From assembly GCF_964355755.1 (NCBI RefSeq), contig NC_092670.1:21934795-21998794 (forward strand): DNA of 64,000 nt, written 5' to 3'. Below, in pieces: positions 22,401-34,705 of this stretch (position 1 is its first letter; the number at the start of each line of letters is the position of its first letter). The notes beneath the pieces were generated by a model. That model had not been told where the DNA came from. It made no database searches and worked only from the letters and a program-made list of their open reading frames with translations. Source of the stretch: Antedon mediterranea. Its lineage: Eukaryota > Animalia > Echinodermata. The translations under genes and the position numbers were made by a program.

Positions 22401-22746
22401 TCAGACACTATTTTTGATTCAATTACTGTAGTACCAACGTGAACTTTGAACTGCTTTTAGTCCATCAGCGGCCTGACTGTCAATGAACATACAACTTAAT
22501 GGCCTTTATTCATAAGATAAGTTCAATTTAGACACCATGTTTGATTCAAGTATAGTCCCATGGTGAAATGTTGGCTGTTTTGACCAGCAACAACCTGGCG
22601 ATCAGTAAAAAGCTATAGTATATAGCCTAAATTCATAGGATAGGTTCCACACCATGTTTGATTTAAAGGATAGTTGCAAAGTGAACTTTGGACTGACAGA
22701 GGCCTGATGGTCAGTGAACAACTTTATGTCCCAAATTCATAGGATT
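22401..22746. repeat. Degenerate tandem triplication, ~100-130-bp units
   Basis: ACACCATGTTTGATT...GTGAA...GGCCTGA...AATTCATAGGAT recurs at ~22404, ~22533 and ~22648. Confidence 0.7.
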
Positions 22747-23634
22747 ATTGTGGATCAATAAAATAATCTATAATGAGTATGTTTATTATCTGTATTCGGG
22801 AAAAAAAATTATTTGACAAAATGTTTATCTTAAATTATGACACAGCTGAATATTTTGCCTATAATTGTATTTCTCATTATTTTGCTAATTTTGAGTGAGG
22901 CTTAAGGGAACCGTATAAGTTTAATTTATAAAAATTAACTCTGGATCATAAATTTTACAGCTATACAATAATAATGATAAACCTCATTTATGTACATATT
23001 CACAAACTTTTATTATCAAATTATAACTAGTAGGTTTATCTACCTTAACAAGAAAAATAATTTATTTTCTAATAAATAGGTTTTAATTTTTTTTACTATT
23101 ATTTTTTTATTATTAATGCATATATAATCAATAAAATTACTCTAATTTCTTTTTATTAAAAAATTGCACATAGATCAATTCATTTTTATTACACTTTGGG
23201 TTTTTGAAAATTCTCTTTCTTAAAATGTTATTTATGTATTGCTTTGTATTTCAATAACAGCCAAAATGTAGCTAAAATTAGGTAATAATTTTGAAATAAG
23301 AAAACCATATTAAATACTAATTTATTTAAAAACATCTCTATATTAAACTTATGAAGATCCTGCAACACTTTATAAAATATCAGTTTGTATATTAAATATA
23401 CAGTAGTAACCCTAGGTTTTATATTCCTATGTTCTTATTATGTTATGTTTGAACATATCAGTACACTTTGTTTTCACAATCAAATACTAAAACACTTACT
23501 GGGAAAATGGTTAATACCTCAATATATTGATAATCTATTTTTGATTGCACATATAGGAATAACAAAAGGATGTTAGAGCCAGGTACAGTAGAGTTTGAAG
23601 AATACAATATTTCTATTGTATAGCTTATGACTGC

Positions 23635-23739
23635 TTTTTAGTCGCGTGGACACGACTCTATAGTTCACTATGTCGGTCGGTCTGTCGGTCCGGTATCACT
23701 ATGCGTTTTAGCACGCGACTTATGGCTGTTGGCCTTGTT
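23635..23739 (+). mobile_element. Minimal (~105 bp) HINE/DINE-1-like element
   Basis: TTTTT-AGTCGCGTG with partial IR CACGACT, a (GTCG/GTCT)n microsatellite, subTIR CACGCGACT, and end CTTGTT. Confidence 0.7.
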
Positions 23740-26700
23740 AATTCTTATTTCCCTCCAATTACTATCATTAACCCTTTTATATAATACTGTTTTTTTTTAA
23801 TTTGACATTTTATTTCTGGCTGTTTTGCTTTATCATTTTGATTAATAAGTTTCTGCTTATTTTTTATTTTGTATCTCCATTGAGATCCAGCCACTGATAC
23901 CCACAACATCTTCCAGTAATTTGCCTTTGAATTTAACTAAATTTAATGGAATTACTGGCTGGCATAAAATAATATTTATTTTCTTTCATTTCAACAAGAC
24001 AATTATTATCACAGTTAAATTATTCATAAGTAGTTTTTTCATTGTGATTATTTACTTAAGATTTAATTGTTTTCTATGTACATTTTTAGTCTCTCAGCAA
24101 ATTCCAATCTCTGCTTTTGTTAGTGATGTTATGTAAACTAAAAGACCTATTCTGCTCTTGTTATTTCCCCTAATCGTTTAACAACAGATTGTCATAGTCG
24201 ACATTGGATATAAAAGAGATATAGTTCTCACACGAGAAATATCTTCATAGTTGTTATTGCAATTATTTCACCGTTGGTAGAACTGCATTAATTGATTGAA
24301 CCCGTTCGAGCGAACATTATGTCCGTCCAAGCTGAAAATATTCAAAACAAGACAAATAATCTTTTTTCTTCTTTTTATTATGCGTATCATACAGCAATGC
24401 TCAAATTTTAAGATATTTAGACGTAAATATAAAATAACAAACACCAGTTACCGAATGTATGGGAAAGTTTGATACCGCCTCAGTTGCATATTTATTCTCA
24501 AAATATAAATTTGCAATACGCTGTTTTGCTCAAAATATTTTCATTACTAAAATTTATTTTTATGGATACTTTTAGAAATTACGACTTTTTTAAATGTCAT
24601 GATTGATTTATGGCATATTAAAAATAAGATAATATTATTGAAAATGAAATTACTTGATTTTATCTAAATACTTGAACAATATTTTTTTGTAACATAACAT
24701 AATATTATTATTAAAGTAAAATATTTATTTAAAATGAAATTTATTTATTTTTCCAAACTATTAAAAGCAAAATACTAAATTAATTTTTTTTATATTCGTT
24801 TTATAGGTAATTATAACATTTTCTGCATATATTTAATTGCGTTCTTTACCATTAGTACGCATACAATGAAGTGGTTGAATATTATCTTTCACTCTTTGTT
24901 TCGGACGTCAACATTTTATCCAAACTACACTCTCATAAACTCAACTTTTATTACATCTTTTATTAGTAATTATAAAGAGTTCTGATAAAATGTAATTGAT
25001 ACATATATACCACCGATAATTGGTAGAAAACCATCTCCCTTTGTTTCCATGATAAGATGAACATTAACATTTTTCAGACAAAAAAAAATAGTTGGATGTT
25101 AAAATTGGCATGATCGCGGTAACACGGTCGTAGTGTAAATTGATATAGTGTCGGAGCGCTTCGGTTTGTTTACATAGCAGTAATGAAGAAAACGACAACT
25201 CGCTTCTTGCTAAGTTCATCACTCCGACTTCATTTATAAAGGCTGTGTTTTTAATCCGTAACAAACCTCTGGCCCATATTCAATCTTACCTCATATAAAC
25301 AATCGCATTGCATTCTTCTAGTTAATTACAAATCTTAGAAAGCATAAATTATCTATTGTGTTTTTCCTTTTACCGCGCTGATGTTTTTATGCAAATTACT
25401 CAAATCTGATTAGAATTACACAGTATATTCTCAACCATTAATTACGTTTCGTATTAATTAAAAACGTTAATTTATCCGCGTCCTCTGTATGTAAAAGTTC
25501 ATTCAATTAAACCAATCAATATTCTATGACGTATAACAACAGAGTTACTGATTTATTCTGCGCAGACAACGCCAAGTAAAACCAGCTCAAATTTAATTTT
25601 CAATATTTTAATACAATCCGTCTCAAACCGATTAAATGTAATGAAAAGGTGGTTTTATTTTACATAAATCTCGTTCTTTATTGGCCAGAATAGTACGTGG
25701 TTCAAACTTTACAATCAACGAACCATAATTATTGTATGGAAATAGAACACTGCAGCTTAATCCTATTTTTATTTCTGTGTCATTGACAAATTGTTGTACG
25801 TTCTTCGATGTTAGTGTACTCGACGACAATGTATACTCACGAAGTGTGAATTGTCATTATTTTTAATAAAATAATCGATAATACAATTTTGAAAAGGGAG
25901 TTTTGTAACGCATTAAATGGTGTATATGTCGATGCAAAATAGGACTTTATGAAATAGCGCTCAACACCATCATAAACATCGTGTATGAGGAGAGTCAATC
26001 CGCAAAATATAGGTTTTTATGAAGTATAGTGCCGATAAAAGGTCTATGCAAATTTAGATCTTATCGTATGATATGATAAGCCTACGGTGGCCTTTATAGC
26101 TCTTATAGTTCATTGATAATGCTAAAAATCATATTTCAACATACATGAAAAATAATAACTATATTTAGAGCACATTTTGCAACCGTAGGTTTGTGCTTCA
26201 ATGGGTCTATCATAATATTTGAATACCTGCGCTGTTTGTAAATAATAGCGTTTCATTACTTGGACACCAACTTATAACGGATATACCGTTATAATTATAA
26301 TCGCTGCAAAGAGTTATTATTATCAATAGGCCTAAACGTGAAGATGATCTAGATTAGACTGCAGATTTAATGTCATATTTTATCAAATTTAGCATGCAAA
26401 TTACAGCAATGATGACGATGTACCGTTACAAAAACATGTTCATCGTCGACAAAACGTGGGAAAAATTTCTAACGCAATAAATGAAACAATTTTTTTTTTT
26501 CAACTCTTAACGATGAGGAAACGTTTACAATTTTTCACTTTTGTTTATCTTAGGTTTAAACTTAAAAGATAAATATTTATGTTTTATGATGTCGTTTATA
26601 AAATAATTATAATTTTGCGTGTTAAGAATCAAAGCAGCTTTTAAATTTATATTCAAGTTTTAATTTGATTCTCTGAATTCATCGGGCCAGTATTTGTTTT

Positions 26701-29700
26701 CTTTTAATTTCCGTTGGAAAAAACCTTCAAATTTTACTACCTGTTTTTACGCTATTTTTATAACACAGGGTATTTTGCAGTATCGAATTTCCTGACTCCA
26801 ACTGCGTGTGCTGACTTTTATTTATTGGATAAATACGGTTACTACGGTACATCAATAATGTGTGCTAAATAAAAAAAAGGGCATATTTTTATGCCAAATT
26901 GCCAAAAAAAACACCCCCGTGGAATTTAATTAAAAACACATGTTTACAGCTGAGCAAATTTGTGACATCACGACAGTTGACGCGCGCGTCCAATAATGGA
27001 CTACCGCGTACAAACCCTGTTAATAAAATACTGTAACAAGATTTGTACGCGGGCGTGATTATTTTGTTACGCAGGACAAAATGGTTACTAGATAACGGCC
27101 AGTTTTATGTAAAAGAGCCCGGTTAATAATCATGATAAAAAGACACATCTGGCGGCTGGACAAACATTTGTTAAATGAAACACTCCATACAAACGTATGA
27201 CTTTATGTATGCACTTGCCATTGTATTAATAATAATTATCATACAACTATTGTAGGCCTATCATCATATTCCCATGCCTATCCTTGTACGAACAAATGGT
27301 ATAATAAAAGACACAATCAAATGTACTTTCTATAAAATAATATATACATTTTAATGTACATGTTGAGTAAACATTAAATGTGTTATATATTAACTGATAA
27401 ACAATTTCGTCTGATGCATTGCTGCTGCTACACTACCGACGCGTAGATTTAAACTCTGGGGGTAGACTGAGATTTTTTATATGGTAGGACATCCGTTAGT
27501 TGCCATATTTTCTACCGGTTCAGTTTTATATTGTTTTTATTATTGCCGGAATTCCACGTTTCCTAATCCTCATAATTTATGACATATTACCGAACTATTA
27601 CTTTTCATATCATTTTAGTGGACAGTGTTATTGGTTATTCCATGGCGATACTACTTAGGTATTGTACAACGAAAGAATAACCACAAGACTAATCTTTTCG
27701 GTTGAGGGGAATCCCCCATCTTCTTAATTTTTAAAGATCTTTGTCGTCACGAATAAATACAAAGTATACGCGCGCGTACAACTTATGTTGTATTTTATCA
27801 ACTTTTCAACGCTTGACGTCAAAGCATGTAATTATAGAATTATATTACGCGCGCGTGCAATTAAACTGTTCCATCATTTAGACGCGCGTACAAAATGTCA
27901 TTCTCTTCTGTTTATTAATTTTACGCCCCCCCCCCCTGAACTTTATAAAATATAATACATGTGCCAAAAAGTATCATATAAAGCCTAGGGTTATAGGTCA
28001 ATCTATTCCGCCAGGGCTGTTAGTCCGCCCCATGCTGGCTACCCGCTCTCTACACCTCCTGATTTCAAGCCATGTGTTTTCAATTCCCCACAGAATTATT
28101 TTTATTACTGAATTTTATAATTTAATGTTCTATCCATGTTTCCACTTATCTTAAAATCATTTTGCAGAAAAGTTTGCAATTAATGTCGTTGGGATTTTTG
28201 CGGAATTTTAACTCGTATGTTTATTACGGTTTGTCTCGTATAAATTTAATTTGACATTTTTCCTTATAAATAATATATCTCTACTTGCTATAAAAACTAA
28301 AAACAATAAAATACAAAAACGATAATATTCAATAAATTCATGATTCTAGTATTTATGACAATACAATTTACTAACGTACTAAAGTAGTATTGTCACGCTT
28401 GGTTTCTCTAGTGTGGTCGTGCTCGGGTGTGAACGATTTATAAACATAAAAATTGCCCTATTTTAATATTATATAAATGAACTATTTAGTGATAGGACCG
28501 GCTTTTCTTTTTGCTGTTCCCTTAAGCAGAGATTTACTTAATCACTTTAAAATACTACTACTCGTCTTCAATAGTGCTATTGCATTAACCACGTGACTGA
28601 ATTCGGCGACCTATATACATGCAAATTAATGGGAGTCGCTTAATCAATTCGAGATTGAATAAAAATAGTAGCCAAATTATGAGTCAATTTTCTAGACTCG
28701 CGAGTTTGTCCAAATTGGATTTGGGGCTCGGGTAATGCGAGATTCGCAGCGTGTATTTATGTTCACGGGAGGCAGTTCATATTGTCTTTAAAACCGTTTA
28801 AATTGCTTGAAAATAAGACGGCTTAGAAGAAAAAATTAAGGAATCTAGTTTATGATATCCGGAACGGCGGCAAAAAATGGCGCGTAATATCTTGCTGCCT
28901 CATAGTGATCATATATATTTTAAAATCTTAAATAATGTGCGTACGTGAAAATGTGTTTTTATCTTTGATCTAAATAAGCGCTGACATGTTTCTTTCCATA
29001 GGTTGCCAAACGAAATTAAAATGAAATTGGATATTTTTACGAATCGATTTTCTAAAAGTGTAGACAGATGTGTCATTATTTTAGGTAAACATTATAATGT
29101 CGATTTTTAGCACTTTTCAATTGATTGAATCTACATTTAATTACGATGCGTCCTTAGCCGGGGCTTTAATTTAACGGAAAACAAAGACATCGCTTTATGA
29201 ATTGTATTGTTTCGATACTCCTGGTAGGCCGTTGTGTTGGTTTTTAATCTAATGGTGAATACCCTTATTTATTCTGTAGCTTTATAAACACGCAGTGCCC
29301 ATAAAAAGTCATGCGAGTAATTTGTTTGGAGAAATTAAATTTTAACAACCAGAAATCGGTTATATCGTATGTCACAGTGTTAGTCAGTTTACGTGTTAAA
29401 ATGGTTGAAAAATTGAAAACAGCTTTTTTTATGTTATCGGGATTAGCGGGCTTACATCATGGCCTGTTCAAGATTATTTCAAGCATAGAAATATGTTCAC
29501 CAAAACTATTCCTCTCTTCATAGACATATTATTCATTAATTTTCCAATACCTATACTTTTATTTAACTCTTTTTCTGATTGTTCCTTCATGTTTTCCGGC
29601 TTTTCTGTCTTATAGTACAAATCGTACCATGATCATCGTGTGACGTGTCGACGATAACTCATTCGACGCGCGCGTTCAAAAACTGATAATAATACTACAG

Positions 29701-30731
29701 TTTTTGTACGCGCGCGTCTATTTCATGTCGTTATTCAGTCTCCATGGATATGGTCCCAAGTCGTTCTTTCACTGGTTCACATTGTATGCACAGTTTAGTT
29801 TAAATTAGGTGAATTACAGTGCCGTACATATCGAATACGCTATAGCATTAAGCTATCTTTGCAATGGGTTATAATTAGACCATTAGAATATAATTTCTTC
29901 TTTGGAGTGATTCTATATCTCTGTCAGTGTGCTACGGTAATGTCTTCTATAACGTTTGTTGGCTGAATATGTCCCACCTCCTTCTCATTCGTGTTGATCG
30001 TGCTTGGTTTTCTCTCATTTAAAAACATACTTATCCTCATTTTTAAGAGCACAGTTTCATACAGATACAACTTGTTTGCCTTTTATTTCTGACTGGTCTG
30101 AAAGCATAATCACTACACGACTAAATAAATTGTAAATTAATTGTTAAACAAAATAAATACAATTTTAATTGTACTTATCAATAATTTTAACCTTGAAGAT
30201 TTGTCACTTAGTGTATGGGGAGTTTTCGATTTGAGACGGCCTATGTACGCATTTTGTGTCGTTGGTCGTCTGTACCTTGATTCTCCCAAAACTGTGGCAA
30301 GGAATCGAGGGAGAGGGAATACGTCCCAATCCCCACGCATGCGTACAATGAATTAACATGACGTAACTAGTTCCTCTGTTGTCGCAAATCAAAAACTCCA
30401 TATTATTTACATTTATTTCATTAATATAGTTTGTAAGTATCATTTATTATTTAAGTTTATTATTAATGTAAAAAAAAAATGGTTTATGAAAATTGTATAT
30501 CAATTTTGTTATAGAACGAGGCTTCGTATCTAACGGTCCAACGCCATCTATAGTGATTCGATAAACTGTGGCGGAAATACAACTCCACATGTTATTGAGA
30601 AATATTAATTTTTTTTGTATATTATTGTTTTCTTTGAATTTCTATATTAGTATTACCATAAAATGTACAAATCTTGGAACAATCAATTACTATTTTGAAG
30701 TAATTATATTATTTATTTATAAACGATGTAA

Positions 30732-30856
30732 AGATATCTCCCTCTAATTAAAGACCATGGGTTGGCTGTTGGTATTCGTTGGTTAAGTAGCTATAGGCCT
30801 AGGTGTTAATATGGGAGAGGTGTTTTTTTGTATGGTCCTTAATTAGAGGGATATCT
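30732..30856. mobile_element. MITE-like inverted repeat
   Basis: AGATATCTCCCTCTAATTAAAGACCA ... TGGTCCTTAATTAGAGGGATATCT, an imperfect ~25-bp inverted pair. Confidence 0.6.
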
Positions 30857-33800
30857 ATAATGTGATAAATTTATATAATACCGTGTACAGATTCTGCAGT
30901 CTTTTATTTATTTAAAATGATTATTAGTTTATCGATCATAATTCATTAACAGATTATTTAAGTATAAATCGATTATTGTAATTATTGATTATATTGATCA
31001 AGTATTAACTGATTTTTCATAAATTATTGTATAGTGTAGTAAGAACTTATATGTCTCTGTTTAATATGTGTTGTATTAAATATGAAGTGCTTCCCGCACC
31101 GTTTTTCTATAGTTATTTGACGTTACGTATCATAATATAGTTTTCTAATATATAATAAACATTTTTAGATAGTTCGATATAATTATTATATGTGTATTTG
31201 TGATGAGATAGAATAGGCTAACTAAACGCTGTTGTAGCGTTTAATGATTTTGTAAGTAAAAACAACTGTAGATAACAAATGATTGAAGTGTCCGAACTTG
31301 TAATTACTAATTGGTATTTTAATGATGTTTTTATACTTTTTAATTACTATTGCAGTAGTTTAATTAAATAATTATTGTGATGACGCATTATTGCGTTACC
31401 TATCCGTTTGGTGACATTATCAAACGCGTAGAAATGGATATGGTGTTGAGCATGTGTCGTATTGTAAACCGGTTCCATTGTACGCCCTGTGTGCCGCTAT
31501 TGAAGAGTTTCAGACGAAATATCTTAGTCACATTTGAGCTACCATGAGAGGGGTTGAGGAAGGTTGGATGGAGTTTGCTAAAATGAATTATTTAAACAAA
31601 ATTAAGCTCTACCCATCTTTCCATCGCCGACCCTGGTAGGTTCATGACTTAAGTCAAATTCTTAAGTTAGTATTAGGTAGACAAAGTAAGTCGGTGCTTC
31701 GAATAAGGAGATACAACTAAATAAATCTTCTTCCTTCGTATCTTCCCAGTATTTACAAATTATTTCCCTATTGGTTTTTAAGTGTTTCTTTCTATTGCTA
31801 TCTGAAACCTGTTGATTGAATACTTTTACCCACAAACCGAACTGGGAACACCCTAAAAGAGTTGTAATCTTCTGGGTAACTCACGTGATTATAGCAGCAG
31901 ACGATAACTTATCGAATGTGAAAGTAGAACATTGTTTGGATATAATTCTGAAAGTGATTTTGAGTTATTGAATGTATAATCGTTCTCGATTATTGTCAAT
32001 TACATCATTGTTCTTGTCAATCTAGATAATTGAGCCGTCGATGCACAGTTAACTAATTTAAAACTGCAATGTTCACAGTAGGAAAGTTCAGAAAATAAGT
32101 TTTAACATTCTGAGGATTTAAATAAGATAGTGTAAACAGTCAGTTTTCAGAAAGTCACTTTCCTCCAGAAATCTATCTGCATTTTCATAAAAAACTTCAG
32201 AATGTGCATCGTTTGAAGGTTGTTGTCTGCATATCTTTGTTATTTTCTGAATATTTTTCTTAATTCATATATCGTCTGCCTTTTCAAAAAGTGATATCTG
32301 TTCCTTCCCCTTTCCCGCTCTTTTTTTAGACTAGGCCTATTTACTGTACCAAAGCCGTGTGAATTGGAGTGCGATTGATCTGAACTTGTATCAAGCTAAC
32401 TACCAAAGTCGATAAAACATGCGAACTAGCTTTAAAAAATACATGATGGCGATTCGGTTGTATTGTAGTATCGTGATCAACCGACCGATTCATGTATTTT
32501 GTCGTTAATTCGAATTAAAACACGAACTAATTACAGAAAAAAAAGTTGCTTTATTGTTTTTTATTTCTTCTCTTTGATGATTGAATGTTACAAATAATAT
32601 ACTATAATACACAGTTCTCAACCTTTTGTGAACTAAAGGCTTCTTTCAATACACGCAACGTAACGGTTTTATTGGTTACGCAAGCGCACGTACAAGTTTT
32701 ATATCATTTTATTCAACTAAATTATGTAATCCATTTGGCGGTTGCACTATTGTGTTCGCGAAACAATCATCTATTTTTCGTTCAATGAGTAATTATAAAA
32801 CGTGCCTTAGTTTTGCAATCGCTTGTTTAATTTAAGTAAAAAGATCCAAAGTCCAAATTCTTATTGTTTATTTGCAGATACTCTAACTTGCGGGTTTATT
32901 CTATCAAAATATATCTTTATTTGAAGAGATATGTTAACAGACGACATAGCACGCAATCAAAAACTAAACACAATTGAAAGATATCTAGCGATAAGTACGA
33001 GAGAATATGGCCTGCTGAAATTTTAACCCGTTTGTAATATTAGCGCAGTGTTCGTCAGCATATTTTATTTGCTTTATTTAAAAGTGTTGTAGAGCATTAT
33101 TTTATATATAATGAACGCGTAAATATTACTGGTAGTATACACGCACTTTATAGCATACTTACGTTGTCTAAGTTGTTCTCGTTCAATGTACACCACAAAC
33201 GTATACGCGCCAACGCAAGCAAGGAGGATGTGGTAGGTATCGTGTGCAACAACTCATTACCAAGTCAACAATATTGTATTGCAGTACCAATAACGAATAC
33301 CAGATATTATGCAGTAATAACCTCAATGCTATTTTATAATAATATAAACAATTGATATAATTTGAACAAAGAAAATATTGTACCAAAGTAATCGAAATTA
33401 GAAAACAAGATCTAAATTAAGTAGCGACTGAGTGTTCCTAAGAGAAAAGAAATAACTTTATCTGGAGGAGCTTGTGGCGATTCCTGTCCACGACACATGG
33501 CCATGGCCAGACCAGAATAATAGCTCTCAAAAGAGCAATCTTAATACAGTTTTAACGCATGTGAATTTTATATCCAGTATAATAAAATACTCACTTGGGG
33601 ACAAAATAATAGTCCCACACTCTATTTCTAAAGAATGATTTCAAAGACGTATCTCTTTCTTTACAATGGAAATTACTATAAATTTTATATCATTATGTTT
33701 CGGTGTGGAATTATAAATTCGATGATGGACATGCTGGGAAATGTTTTGATTTGAAAAAACAAGAGATCTTTAGGGAAAAAATGCAGAATGTCATCAGTTT

Positions 33801-34419
33801 CGTCGTTATAGACAATCTCCTTTACGTCCAACAAAAGCTGATAGAATTCAATTCCACCATGCACATCTACATCAATGACGCTCAAAGGAGATTCGGGTGG
33901 GTCACCCTGTTTAAATATTGTAAATATATAAAATGACTTTATGAATGTGGTGTGGGTATGAACCGGGAAATCCGCCTTCTCGATTACTTTATATAATTCG
34001 AGGATTTGTTACGCCCATGTCCATTATTATTTATATTTTCAACCACTATTTTAATTATTATTATCATCATTATCATTACTCATCAAATACTATTATAAAT
34101 ATTAACATCATTGTCATCAAACCAAATAATATTTATGTTTTATTTATTTTTTTTATTTTATTCAATCTAAACCAACAGCGATAATTACCGCCACTAACAG
34201 GTTTGATACAAACAAAGCCAGGACTGTTTTATTAAAGCACCTTGATTGGTCCTAACATTGATCAAGGGCTTCTCTCGTCCAGTGCCCACCTTGACCAGAG
34301 TATAATCAAAGTACAATCAACAATAAATTAATATAGATGTATCCTTTAAAAGATAAATAGGAAGAACTTACAAAAGATGGGACAGAAAAAGTAAAAAATC
34401 AAAATCATAACCAATTTAA

Positions 34420-34705
34420 CATTCATTATCAATTTTTCCTCCAACCTCAACATTGATAATGACCTCATCGTGTCATTATCATCATTCGCTCGAGTGCACA
34501 AGATCACCAAATGGTAAAGCATAATTGGTCAAATAAAACTAAACCCAAATTTTAATTTTAAATCATTCATTATCAATTATTCTTTTACCCTCTCAACGTT
34601 AATGATCTCATCATCATCCAATGAAGCGCCGGCCTAATCCGCTCGAGTGTGCTATACCACTATAATGAAATGTAATTGGTCAAGTAAACCCGAACGCCAT
34701 TTTAA
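34420..34705. repeat. Diverged tandem duplication, ~145-bp units
   Basis: ATTCATTATCAATT...CTCATC...CGCTCGAGTG...TAATTGGTCAA occurs twice. Confidence 0.65.

Noticed and set aside
31400-33940. Protein-like fragments (e.g. EVFYENADRFLEESDFL on the - strand; the 33703-33936 ORF)
   Set aside because: Short, interrupted by stops, and with no recognisable motif. Possibly decayed TE coding sequence, but I cannot support a call.
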